A stretch of 64,000 bases of DNA. Origin: Marsupella aquatica (lineage: Eukaryota; Plantae; Marchantiophyta). Under the pieces are notes generated by a model that was not told the DNA's origin, did not search any database, and saw nothing but the letters and a program-made list of their open reading frames with translations. Positions 12,250-23,984 of the stretch are shown here, in pieces. The position numbers and the translations under genes were made by a program. The first letter of the stretch is position 1. Every line of letters begins with the position of its first letter. The stretch lies in NCBI GenBank assembly GCA_973895155.1, contig OZ316898.1, positions 20,905,292-20,969,291 of the forward strand, given 5' to 3'.

Positions 12250-15200
12250 CCTCATTTCCTCATAATACTTTTGTCTATCCCTACAGCAGGCGTGAGTGCC
12301 TCACATGCTGACTCCCGCTCAAGCTTTGCCACATTTTGCTGAGCTTCTTGTTTGAAGATAGACTCCGTCCAATGCGACAGTTCAATCAAAGCTTTTTTTG
12401 CAAGAGTTGGGTGGTATATATGAGATTTGCTCATAACATTTGGTTATAACTGCTTTGAACTTCTCGAATTGAAGGGTGGAGTAACCTCAATGTCCTGAGT
12501 TTGCTCGGGCTTTGATGTGTCCCAAATGTCATCATTAGAAGAGCACAGAGTGATATTATTTGGCAACTTCTAACGGTAATTGCGGGGCTTTGCCATGTAC
12601 AATGTTGAAATGGTGGTCAAGACCACCTTCAAATGACCCCATCTTTGTCCCAAGTTCATGGAGTACTTCCAATTTAGTCATCTTCTTTGTAAACAACAGT
12701 ACTTTTATTTGCACGGATAAACAAGGCAGTGTCCATAAGCAGGTGAGCATTCCTGATTGTCCCAATGTTATGGTGGCTCCGATAGAGGTGTTGTACTTCC
12801 TTGATGTTTGCAGGCGTTACCCTGAAGTGAATAGCCACATGTACAATGACAAGTATCTTTGTCCCAGTCAATAACAAGGTGCTCCTTTGTGGCCAAATTT
12901 TTGGAAGATGTGCTTCGAACACATGCACATTGGGCTAGCTTGCACTCAAAAATTTGCATAAAATCAGTTGGGATTGCCTTGGCCCTAGCTATTCAGGGAC
13001 TTATGCACATGGCCTTAAATTGTCTTATTCCTGATACGTCCTTGGAATTTCTCAGCAGCAATACACCAATAGTGATTCTCCAGCACCCTCAAACAACCTA
13101 GCAGCCATGGTATAGATCGACCTATAATGTTGTACCTGCCGGCCTTTTACTCCATCTTCAGAGTGTGGTGCCAACATTTGATACTACCATTTATATTCTG
13201 GTTAGTATGACGGTATCCTCGCAACTTGATTGCCCAACTGCAAACCTTACCGTGCCATTCTTTTTTGTAATACGCAACAAATAGGTTGGGAGTCTATCCA
13301 TTGATCCATGAAGGCTTGAGACTCTTCAGTGATGTCTGTAAAAAAATACAATTACTTGAGCACTGTATATATTAAGAGCCAAAGTGCAGAATTGCAAGGT
13401 GTCATGAATGGGACGAGTGTCTATGTGTGCAATACTACAACCAATATGACATAATTAAACTCACCAGTGACATTATTGTTTGAAAACATGATTGCTCCCA
13501 AATCCAAATTTATTTGGGCTTTGGCGAATGGACAGAATACCTTCAAGATAATGTTTTTGGTCCACGCTCTTCGGACGTGCCATGTACAAAAGGTGATATG
13601 CACATCCGGGAACACTTGCCTGTAAACAGTCAATCAGTGTACCTTTCAATCAGTCTATCGGGCCTGTCCTGTAAACATGACATGATAGTTTGTCTACCAG
13701 TAAGTTTATGAGTGTGGTAGTCTATCATGACTCAACGAGTGTGTATTTATTATGCATGCATTCATATGAACATGTGCAACTTGTACCTGATCGCAAGTTG
13801 CTGCTCGTCTACTACATCCACAATCCAGCAATTAGGAGTCCAAGGGAGTGGCAAATTCACTTGTGCCCTTCGGGTATTCACACAATCCTTCAATGTAGTC
13901 AACTCCTAGCTCACTTGCAGTGCTTTGTACATTTGCAACAGAGAAAATGCTACAGGAATGGCATTTTGGAATGTGCCAAAAACAATGATTGTGTAAAATG
14001 GGAACTGCCAAATATACACAAGTTTGTTGTTATTACGTAAGTATGTTGTGGTGTCAAAGATGTTGTGTGATGATGAGTAACAATTGAAGGCAAAAAGACA
14101 AACACATAAGCCAACACTCCTTAGGCCAAAGTGGTGGTGCCAAAAGTAGCATCAAATGCTACTGGTCCATCATGCCCGAGCTCTGCTAGCTTCTTTTGTT
14201 GCCAAGGAGATGACCACATGCGAATGAAAGGCTGATTTTCAGATGTTATTTTCGGTTGATATAATAGGACTTGGTCCTCATTTTGAAGGACCCACAATTT
14301 TGTGGCTTGAGCTTCGTCAGAGCAATAATCTGGTTGTTGTTGTCTCATAGAATCCCTCATTGTTTGCACATCTCTTGGCGTGAGATGCATGTCCCCGGAC
14401 ATGATGACATTGGTATCTTCATCCGGGGGGTCTTTCCGGCATCTTGTAAGAATTTCTTCAAAGTGTGCATCAACAATTGCCCCCACAGTCAACCCTGCTT
14501 GCAGATACCGCACAATTTTGCAATGTAGCTTCAACAAAATTCTTGGCGCAATGTGTGCATTTGCTTCGAAAGTGTGGGGTCTTGGAGGCCGTGGCAAACC
14601 TTGTTCTCCCTGTCCAGATGCTCTTTGCGTATCTGTTTTAGCATGACAGTCCCTGGGCGGTCCTCGTATTTAGTGCAAGTGAAGGAGCATCTACAACCAT
14701 GACGTACAAACATGCCTGCTAATATCGATCATGAGAACAAAACGCCCATACTAATAACTTTAGGATAAGATAAAGGGAGTATGAGTGCGTTGCAGCACCA
14801 AAGGGGTAAACAATTTTTTTTTACTTGTCACTGTTTTTCGTTTGAGGAACATGGTTCCCTCCTTGGATTTCAGATTCTCAAGGACTTTCGTAGATTTCCA
14901 ACCTCGATAACTGTCTTTGGGGCCGAAACAACAACAATACAGAGTTGTGGTCTTCACCAAAGGCCAAGTTTTGTAGATACGGTTCTCTAGCATTTGCAGG
15001 GTTGCAAATTGTGTATGACAATCCTACCTCATGTTCTCGTCCCATATGAAATCTTGAAGCCTAGCTTCGGGAATCCAAGCATAATTGCTCTTGGATCCAT
15101 ACCACTGAAGAGTAGCGTACTCAAATTCCCCTGGAGGAGGAATCTGGATCTTATCGCATTTGAGTATTTGGAATGGCTTTTGTGCAAAGAGGGCAATTTC

Positions 15201-15300
15201 CGTGGCAACTGGAAATTGTCAGAATGTACATGTATATTGAGGCCACACGGTTCATCCAAGACAACATCTAGGGCGTCTGGTACAACACCGTTCGCAAATA
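12250..15300 (-). pseudogene. Mutator-like (MULE) transposase relic with SWIM zinc finger
   Basis: YCCCFGPKD...GCRCSF...HLD...CHG (N-terminal Cys/His domain), GHDGPVAFDATFGTT (first catalytic Asp), FPDVHITFCTWHVRRAWTKN (CxxH), CHCTCGYSLQGNACKH (SWIM). Many frameshifts; no TIRs found; boundaries approximate. Confidence 0.8.
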
Positions 15301-16230
15301 GCACAAGCGGAGCATGTTGTGGCTTGAAAGCATCGAGGTGGGCTTCCAAGTGTGCAAGATCAAAGATGGAAGTTGGATTAAAATTGGACATGACAACAAT
15401 CCTGAGGTTACGCACGAGACAAAGACAAGGTGGTAGATTGCACAAGACAAACACAAATTTGGTAATTGCACGACATTCCAGTCTATTCCTTACTACAGAA
15501 TGGACTGCCAGGGAATGTGCAGAGCTTACGTCCCCCCCCCCCCCCCCATGAGAGTACATCTGGCTCAATCAAATATACACATTTGAAAGCTTATTGACAC
15601 ACAAATTTGAATGCGTAGAAGGGGCACTGAGGCCATTCCAGGGCGTTGCACGAGCCGACCCGAGAAGACGGATGGTTGCCGGTTGCGTGAAAGTGGGCCC
15701 AGGACCGGTGGCCGGACTTGGGGGGCTGGGAGGTAGGGATAGCCCGGTCCTGCCCTTCAGGTGAGGTGGCTCGGGCCAATGGTCCAGGAGGGACAGTCTA
15801 CCCGAACTGCCCAAAACGCTAATACGGTGTACTTCCGAAGGCCTGACTGTAAGTGGGCAATGTGGATGTACATTAGTACATCCATATTTCCAATCGTGCT
15901 GAATGCCAAATGGGGGAATGGTAGGGGGAGGAGGGGTGGAGCCTCATGGTCTGTAAATTTTCAGCAGGCTCCCTTTTACTCGATTGCCTACCTGTCCCTG
16001 AGTACGTAGATTGAAGCTTACACCGCGAGCTTTAATTAATCGCTTTGGAAAGGTTGAGGGTTTTGTGGCGTGGCCCCCCAATCGATGACTTGTGACTGGG
16101 CGAGAAGAAGACCCGAGCTTCACATTGGGATATGCCAAGTCTTCTACGTAGTAACTGTCATTCAGCCTGTCGGCCGAGATAAGTTCGTTCCTGGTTTTGC
16201 AGTTTTGCACTAGTGCTTCAAACTCATTTC

Positions 16231-18690
16231 ATGGTACGAGCAGTCAGCGGACAGCGACAATGCAGAGCCGGCGACAGCTTTGTGAGTGCTGCAAGGTGGG
16301 GTTTCTACGTTTGCCCTCTATTCTTGGGTGTCAGTCTAATCTTCGCCCCGCCCCCTAGTGCATTTTTTGTTGTCTTCGTGTTTGGAATCCCTGCTGGGAC
16401 AAGGTCTTAGTAAGCGGAAGAGGTGATCAGTGCCCGGGTTTATCTTTTCCTGAGGTTTGTGTATGAGCCCGGATCTGCATTTTGGGACACAGTAGTGTAT
16501 AGGAGACGCTGGGCAGCTTTTCAGGTCATGAGAATTTTACGTAGTGGAATAAGATGGATTGCTAACTGGGAGCTTGAATTGCAGAGTTAGGCCTTCGAAA
16601 ACATATGTAGCTTCTTCATTATTTCTTCCCCGCGTGTGACTCTGTGCACCAAAAAATCCACGGAGAAATTGGTGGCAATATGGGGATAGTTTAGGACGTG
16701 TTTGTGAACGTTCGCTATTTAACGATCACCCGGGAAGGTTTATTTATTGCGAGAGTATCCGATTCTCCAACTTAGATTGCTAATTCCTTCCTCGGCCCGC
16801 GTCATCTTGCAGAAGATTTGCTCTTCAACAAGTGAGTATGGCGTTCACCCTCTAGCGTACTAATAGGGCGCTAATCGCAGTAGGCGTAACCATCTCATAA
16901 TTCCAGGGCTCCCAAGAGTCACCCGGGGCAGAGAAGAATGATTTCAGACATCGTGAGATAGTGTTTAAATATCTAAGCAAGATCATTTTGGTGTCGCCGT
17001 GGGTGACAGCGAGCACATGTGTGTGTAGATGAATTCTCGATTCGTTCAACAGTGCGATAGGAAATGGAAGGTTACTCGACTTTCTATGTGCACTAAGGAC
17101 CCTGCTGTCCGAACAGTTAACTGCTGAATTGTTCCTGGATATATTCGATTATTCAGTTCCCCAGTTCCGAAGATTTCGTCCACTGCCGGTAGATTTTGTC
17201 CATCGAGCCCATTGTAGAGTCGTAGGCAGACATAGTCAAATTTGTATTAACTAGGTAGCATGTGAAGTAGTAGTGTTCACCACGTCATACTCTCGAATTG
17301 TAGCATTGGAAGTGAATTGTAATCTCCGCCCATTTGGACTATGTTTGAGATCATTGTAGTTGACCCCGAGTGTTTGTCCTTAACGCAATTACCAGACAGA
17401 TGCTCTTGTGTTGTTCTGATTGGGAGTTGAGATTGCAGAATTCAAGCAGCTCGCAACTGGTGCGAAGTTATGGACCGAAGGATACCAGGTTTGGAATCGA
17501 GGCGAGGCGAGCCCTCTTACACTTCAAGGTGTTGAGGAATTATCGAATGCTGAGAAGGTTACCATGCGCCCACTGGTATAGAAGACAGCTGCCCACCGTA
17601 ATTATTGTCAACCCCTTATAAAATTATGTTTATTTGTTTCGTATGTGCGTGAGATCCGTCGAACTCGTCACTCATTGCTTTGTGAATCTGTAACTCTTTT
17701 CCATGGTCGAAATGTGGTTACTGAGCAAAGTTTTGGTTCTCCTAAGTGAATAGGGATGATGTGACGGTGGCAAAGGCCATTGCAAACTTGCCTACGGATC
17801 CTGGTCCTCCTATTTACACCTCACTGGAATTCCCATTGTTCTTTCTTCTTTCAAGTATGGATGCATGCGATGTTGGAGGAAACAATCTTTCCAACGAACT
17901 AGAAGTTGTTGAGGGCATGAAGCTTGACCGAGGCTATATATATCCTTACTTATTTCAGATGTTAAGTCAAAAAGTTGTAAGTTTCAATGACCCGAGCATG
18001 ACGGCCTTTGATTCAGGCTTGCTATAGTGTATTAGTAACACTTGTCAAATGATTTAGACAGATGCCTGCCTACATCGTAGCAGAAAATGCTGGAGTGGAA
18101 GGAGCAGTTGTGGTGGGCAAGCTCCTGGAGCGGCAGAGCATATGTATTGGATACGACGAGGCAAGAGGTGTATGACTTTTCTATATCTTACTACGAATGA
18201 TTTCTTCCTGTTCTGTGATGATTAGGGAGATATAGCAGCTGAAAACAACGAGCCGTTGCAGCACTGGCATTGCTGAATTAATTAAGCAATTACAGTCAAT
18301 GAATTAGTTGTGCCCCTTTCAAGTGGCGTGGTTGGTGTGTAAATTTAGAAGGATTGGCTTTCACAATAATTGTTTGTGATTGTAACACAAATTCTGGTGT
18401 GACTTGAGTTGTGCTAACTATGCAAAAGCCTTGGGAAAAGGACTCGTATACAAACAGGCGGAATTCCTCGCACAGAAGGGAAAATCTTTAGAAAAGAGCT
18501 CAACGATGTCCGAATTAGGTGGATTTTCTTCAGTGAGAATGTATTTTTGGGGGAGTTATCCCGACCTTGGTTTTATGTGGATGAGTCAACTCTTCTATGA
18601 TGCCTATCAGTGGATTTGCTCTCGTTTTTACACCCTCAGGTGTATGTGGATATGGCCAACGCTGGCATCATTGATCCAGTGATCAACGAG
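16231..18690 (+). pseudogene. HSP60: Mitochondrial chaperonin-60 (HSP60/CPN60) pseudogene retaining introns
   Basis: Exon remnants: 16231-16295 (...RAGDSFVSAAR|gt); 16813-16831 (RFALQQ|gt); 17439-17575 (RSYGPKDTRFGIEAR, frameshift, LQGVEELSNAEKVTM); ~17705-17785 (GRNVVTEQSFGSP..DDVTVAKAI); ~17878-17977 (NELEVVEGMKLDRGYIYPY); 18062-18167 (AENAGVEGAVVVGKLLE..GYDEARG); ~18640-18685 (YVDMANAGIIDP). Large internal deletions. Confidence 0.88.
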
Positions 18691-19156
18691 TTGCCAAGCA
18701 TTGATTCCCCTGCAATTCCATACCGCCAGGACTGCAAAGTGTACTGCAGTGTGAACGAGCACATCGATTCTTTTAGCTACCTGGACATGTCTCTTCACAA
18801 TTATTTCGGTATTCTGTTCTAAGACCATTGTATTCTTGACAGATCGCGCTACTCTCAATTGAAATCGAATTATATCACTTTTGCACGTTTTTGGCGTATC
18901 AAGTATAGCAGCAGAGTTAGGGAGACAAGAAAATACATCTTTGGACGGAGGTAGGGTCCTAGCCCTAGAATGAGGGACTTACCGGTCTGCTATCTTGTTG
19001 TTAGCGTTTTATTGTAGAATATGGTCTTGACTTCAGAAGAAATTAAAAACAATTGATTGCACCTAGTGGAGTCGCTTGCATTTTGTGCCGGGTCGATCTG
19101 ATCGTTGGTTGTGGTGCCCACAGAGGAAGCCTAGATCACCTGAGTTTAATCATAAG

Positions 19157-22100
19157 ATGACAAGGAAAGCACTGTGGGTGGATGGCTGCTCTACACCAGC
19201 ATGGGTGAAGGCAAGGCTCAAATTGATTACTCAAGGCAGATTGCAATATCGTGCACATGGAATTGTAGGCCCCGTCATCCGGCAGATGTTTGGCGTAGCA
19301 AAACCTAACAACCCGTGCATACAGCGGGTGCAGCAGGAGCTCGATGCATTTCGTGATCAGTGGAGGCTTCAGAAGACGGATGCCGAGCTGTACGGGAGGG
19401 AAGCTCAATCAGCACAGCCTGAATACAAAGAGGAAGCTGAAGCCCGCGCTGGTTTTCGAAGTGTAACGGGGCATGACAACCATGTAGCACAGCTGGAGGC
19501 ACCGTCCACTCAAACTCGCCCAGAAGGTACCAAGCGGAAGGAAGCTGCAAAGATGATCGAGCAGTATCGGAACCCTGCACATAACGTCGTTGTTGGGATT
19601 GAATCACGTCAACAGAACACAGACAGCTTGAAAATTCAACTCGAACGAACAGGTGACATAAAAGTGAAATTAACCAGATCTATAATAGTGAATGGCGTAC
19701 ACGAGATTCGAGAGGCGGAACCTCTATCCAGGGAGGAAGAGGAGCAATCTTCAGCTATCTGTGAAGAAGGGGCGACTGAGAATTTAGGGAGGCAACACCT
19801 GATAACCGAGGAGCTGCTCGGGAAAGTAAATTGGAGGGAGGCAGGGCTCGATTTGATTGGTCAAGGCAGATTGCCTTCCCTTTCCAATTGTTGCAGCAGA
19901 GATTGGTCTCGAAACAGTGCACAACGGAATGGGAGTATCGACATGCATAGCGCGGAGACCACGAGCCAAGCAATTGCTGTGTTGCAGAATCATCTACAGC
20001 GAGGCATTAGTACAAACTCGTCCACATATGTTAAAGTTCTGCAGATGTGTTCAAAACAGAAAGACCTTTTAGCGGCGAAGCAGGTGCAAGACCACATCAT
20101 CCAGAGTGGAATGGATAAGAATCAATATGTGGCGGTAACCCTCCTAAATGTGTATATTAAATGTGGGGCATTGTTGGATGCACGTCGAGTTTTTGATCAA
20201 CTTGAGAGGAAGAGTGTTATAACTTGGACCAACATGATTGCAGGATATGCTAAGAGTGATCATGGTCAGTCGGCATTCGAACTTTTCAATCAAATGCGCC
20301 AAGAAGGCATGCATCCTAATGAGATCACATATCTGACCATCCTGAAAGGATGTACGAGCCCATTAGCTCTCCCATGCGGCAAAGAAATTCATGAGCGTAT
20401 TCGACAGGCCGGCTTTGACTCGGACGTGCGTGTAGGGACTGCCCTCGTACTAATGTACGCAAAATGTGGGTGCATCACCGAGGCAAGGAATGTCTTTGAA
20501 AAGTTGACCCATCGAAATGTCATTACATGGAATGTTATGATTGGAGCATATGCAGAACGTGGTCCTGATGCGGAACCATATCGACTGTTTCTCCGAATGA
20601 GACGAGAAGGTTTAGAACCAGATGCCTTCACTTACGCGAGCATCCTGAATGCATCTGCAAATGCGGGGGCTTTGGGGTGGGTAAAGGAGATTCATGGCCA
20701 CGCTAGCAAAGCCGGACTGGAGTCGGATTTGCGTGTGGGCAGTGCACTCGTTCACGTGTATACAAAGAGTGGAAGGATAGATGATGCCCGACTGGTTTTC
20801 GACAGGATGGAGAAACGCGATGTAATCACATGGAATGTAATGATAGGAGGACTTGCACAACATGGATGTGGGCATGAAGCGTATCGAGTGTTTCTTCAAA
20901 TGAGACGGGAAGGCTTTGAACCGGATGCATTCACTTATGCAAGTATTCTGAATGCATCTGCCAGTGCGGGGGCTTTGGAGTGGGTGAAGGAGGTTCATGG
21001 CCAGGCTAGCAAAGCCGGACTGGAGTCGGATTTGCGTGTGGGCAGTGCACTCGTTCACATGTATGCAAAGAGTGGCAGTATAGGTGACGCCCGACTGGTT
21101 TTCGACAGAATGGAGAAACGGGATGTTGTCACATGGAATACCATGATTGGGGGACTTGCACAACATGGATCTGGGTATGAAGCATATCGATTGTTTCTCC
21201 AAATGAGACGTGAAGGCTTTATACCAAATGCATTCACTTATGCGAGTATTCTAAATGCATCTGCAAGTGCGGGGGCTTTGGAGTGGGTGAAGGAGGTTCA
21301 CAGCCATGCTAGCAAAGCCGGACTGGAGAAGGATTTGCGTGTGGGCATTGCACTCCTTCACATGTATGCGAGGAGTGGGAGTATAGGTGATGCCCGACTG
21401 GTGTTTGACAGAATGGAGAAACGCGATGTAGTCGCATGGAATGTAATGATAGGAGGACTTGCACAACATGGATGTGGGCATGAAGCATATCGGTTGTTTC
21501 TCCAAATGAGACGGGAAGGCTTTGAACCAGATGCATTCACTTACGCGAGTATTCTGAATGCATCTGCAAGTGCGGGGGCTTTGGAGTGGGTGAAGGAGGT
21601 TCATGGCCACGCTAGCAAAGCCGGACTGGAGTCGGATTTGCGTGTGGGCAATGCACTCGTTCACATGTATGCCAAGAGCGGCAGTATAGATGACGCCCAA
21701 CAAGTTTTCGACAGACTCGGGAAACGCGATGTAATCACATGGAACATAATGATCGGTGGACTTGCACAACATGGACATGGGCATGAAGCCCTAGAACTTT
21801 TTAGAAAAATGAATGCAGACCATGTGAAGCCCATCGAGACGTCATTCATAGCTGTGTTGTCAGCCTGTTCTCATGGAGGCCTTGTTGATGATGGCCGTAG
21901 AATCTTTTCAGCTATGACGCAAGATTATGGTATCGAGCGTACTGTTGTTCACTATAACCTCATGGTGGATATTCTTGGGCGGGCGGGACACTTGGAGGAA
22001 GCAAAGCAGTTCATCAGTGAGATGCCGATCGAACCAGATGATGTAACTTGGACAGCTTTGCTTGGGGCTTGTCGAACTTACGGTAACGTGGAGCTGGGCG

Positions 22101-22654
22101 AACTGGCCGCGAACGAGCTTTTCAAGTTGGAGCCCGGTAAGGCCTCTACATATGTGCTTCTCTCCAATATCTACGCCGCAGCTGGGAAGTGGAAGAAGGT
22201 GTCATCTGTGCGGACTATGATGCAAGAGAGAGGTGTTTGGAAGGAGCCAGGGCGTAGCTGGATTGAAGTTGATAACAAGATCCATGAATTTGTTGTGGGG
22301 GATACATCTCACCCAGAAGCAGAGGCGATCTATACTGAGCTGAATAAATTGAGTGAAAAACTGAAGGCTGAAGGCTACATTCCGGATACCCAGCTTGTGT
22401 TGCATGATATAAATGAGGAGGATAAAGAGCTAGCTCTTTGCTCTCATAGTGAGAAGTTGGCTATTGTTTACGGACTCATGCACCTACCTTGGGGAGAACC
22501 AATTCGTGTAAGTAAGAACCTTCGGGTGTGTTCGGATTGCCACTCAGCAACCAAGTATATCTCTAAGGTGACCGGACGCGAGATTATTGCGAGGGATGCA
22601 AATCGGTTCCACCATTTTAAAGATGGAGTTTGTTCTTGTGGTGATTATTGGTGA
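19157..22654 (+). CDS. PLS-class PPR protein with E1-E2-DYW deaminase domain (organellar C-to-U editing factor), 20 PPR motifs
   Basis: L-S-(P-L-S)x5-P2-L2-S2, PG box (KEPGRSWIEV), HSEKLA and CSDCH zinc ligands, terminal DYW. First ATG is 19157; the track start at 19076 is a TTG inside a probable intron (18951-19123). Confidence 0.95.
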   Translation: MTRKALWVDGCSTPAWVKARLKLITQGRLQYRAHGIVGPVIRQMFGVAKPNNPCIQRVQQELDAFRDQWRLQKTDAELYGREAQSAQPEYKEEAEARAGFRSVTGHDNHVAQLEAPSTQTRPEGTKRKEAAKMIEQYRNPAHNVVVGIESRQQNTDSLKIQLERTGDIKVKLTRSIIVNGVHEIREAEPLSREEEEQSSAICEEGATENLGRQHLITEELLGKVNWREAGLDLIGQGRLPSLSNCCSRDWSRNSAQRNGSIDMHSAETTSQAIAVLQNHLQRGISTNSSTYVKVLQMCSKQKDLLAAKQVQDHIIQSGMDKNQYVAVTLLNVYIKCGALLDARRVFDQLERKSVITWTNMIAGYAKSDHGQSAFELFNQMRQEGMHPNEITYLTILKGCTSPLALPCGKEIHERIRQAGFDSDVRVGTALVLMYAKCGCITEARNVFEKLTHRNVITWNVMIGAYAERGPDAEPYRLFLRMRREGLEPDAFTYASILNASANAGALGWVKEIHGHASKAGLESDLRVGSALVHVYTKSGRIDDARLVFDRMEKRDVITWNVMIGGLAQHGCGHEAYRVFLQMRREGFEPDAFTYASILNASASAGALEWVKEVHGQASKAGLESDLRVGSALVHMYAKSGSIGDARLVFDRMEKRDVVTWNTMIGGLAQHGSGYEAYRLFLQMRREGFIPNAFTYASILNASASAGALEWVKEVHSHASKAGLEKDLRVGIALLHMYARSGSIGDARLVFDRMEKRDVVAWNVMIGGLAQHGCGHEAYRLFLQMRREGFEPDAFTYASILNASASAGALEWVKEVHGHASKAGLESDLRVGNALVHMYAKSGSIDDAQQVFDRLGKRDVITWNIMIGGLAQHGHGHEALELFRKMNADHVKPIETSFIAVLSACSHGGLVDDGRRIFSAMTQDYGIERTVVHYNLMVDILGRAGHLEEAKQFISEMPIEPDDVTWTALLGACRTYGNVELGELAANELFKLEPGKASTYVLLSNIYAAAGKWKKVSSVRTMMQERGVWKEPGRSWIEVDNKIHEFVVGDTSHPEAEAIYTELNKLSEKLKAEGYIPDTQLVLHDINEEDKELALCSHSEKLAIVYGLMHLPWGEPIRVSKNLRVCSDCHSATKYISKVTGREIIARDANRFHHFKDGVCSCGDYW

Positions 22655-23522
22655 ACCCAGATTGAAAGCTGTGTTGGGCTGGCTGGAATTGACTTTAAAG
22701 CAGTACTCTTACTGGCAGCGCACATGCAATCAGGTTTTCGTTGTTGCAATTCTGTAACATTAATTTTGAGATTCTGCAATGTTAGGTTGTCACTAGCCCT
22801 CTTCTGGCGGAAAGACCATTTCATGTAGGAGAAATGTCACGCGAGTTAAGTTTTGAGAGTCAAAATCATAGTGAAATCAAGCTCGTGGCTTGATATGCAG
22901 AAAGTTCTTTTGAAATGGTCGTCAAATTTTGTTGTGACATTTTAGAAGAAGGGTTTGCATACAGTAGCTGCCTTGCCGTGAATATGGTTCGGGAAGGGAA
23001 CTCAATTTGCTGACTGGAGACTGTAAAATCAAGGCCGTAAAGAAAAAATTGCCGATGGCAACCTCCACCAGCAAAAGAATTTAAAGCAATCAGTTTCAGA
23101 GTTCATTGACTTACAGAGGGAGCCTTTGGCTCCCAGACTCAGGAATGTATCCAGATCTTATACAGCTTGATGGTGTAGGTTGGAGATTAGGCAATTCAAT
23201 TCTAGTATGGTGGCCATGTTCTTCTGCTTGAAAGCGAGCTGGCAGTCTGAAGTCAACCAAAAAAGATATCTGTAGAAGGTCTTGAGAGAGATAAATCTGT
23301 TATCTCTTCGTTTTGGTTATAATTTGCTTGGGTGACATGTTGAAGACGTCTGGTGGAAGGACGCCATTCTTCTTTTGAACTAACCTGAGAACATTCTGAC
23401 AGCTAATGAATCACGAAATTTAATTTGTGCATGTTCTTGACAATGGAATGCCAATACGGTAGCTGTTTTCCTCAATCCTCTGCAGTCAAAACTCAACCGA
23501 CGAGGTATTGTGTGGAACGAGC

Positions 23523-23548
23523 AAACCCTAAACCCTAAACCCTAAACC
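23523..23548 (-). repeat. Interstitial telomere repeat (CCCTAAA)3
   Basis: AAACCCTAAACCCTAAACCCTAAACC. Confidence 0.8.
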
Positions 23549-23984
23549 GCCTTCTTTCATTGGACGAGGTTCTACTACCTCCCGGTTCTGCAGATGGAGC
23601 CATTTTCATGTCCCTAAGACTATCTCTATTGGATCATTGCAGTCGAGTGAGTTGAGTCAAAGGGAGATCAGATTTATTGCAAATAAGTAGGCTCTTCTGT
23701 TGGGTTTGAAGACACCTCAAGGAACAAAGATGGTGAGTCAGATGGAGATTGTTGTGTATTCGTTTCTCTATAGCTACTCAGCCTTTCTCGGTTGTCATTA
23801 ACCATTACCTTTACTCGTTCGGAGAGAATGAATTTGCGTACCCGCTGGCTCCCCTAAACATTCCTCTCTGTCAGATGACAAATATGGAGTTTCTCCTCTC
23901 GCTTCAGACCGACTCGATCAAACGCAATCGAGAATCTGAAGAATGAATTTTGCACCCAGGGATACATTGAGAATGCCCCCCCTT

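Noticed and set aside
14994-15568. Overlapping 185-aa and 179-aa ORFs next to a poly-C run
   Set aside because: No recognisable domains; they overlap the decayed 5' end of the MULE relic.
19076-19156. ORF-track N-terminus of the + PPR gene
   Set aside because: It starts at a TTG inside a probable intron, and the paralogue has a TGA in the equivalent stretch.
22240-22654. U-to-C (reverse editing) DYW:KP-type domain
   Set aside because: Canonical PG box, HSEKLA and terminal DYW indicate the C-to-U type.
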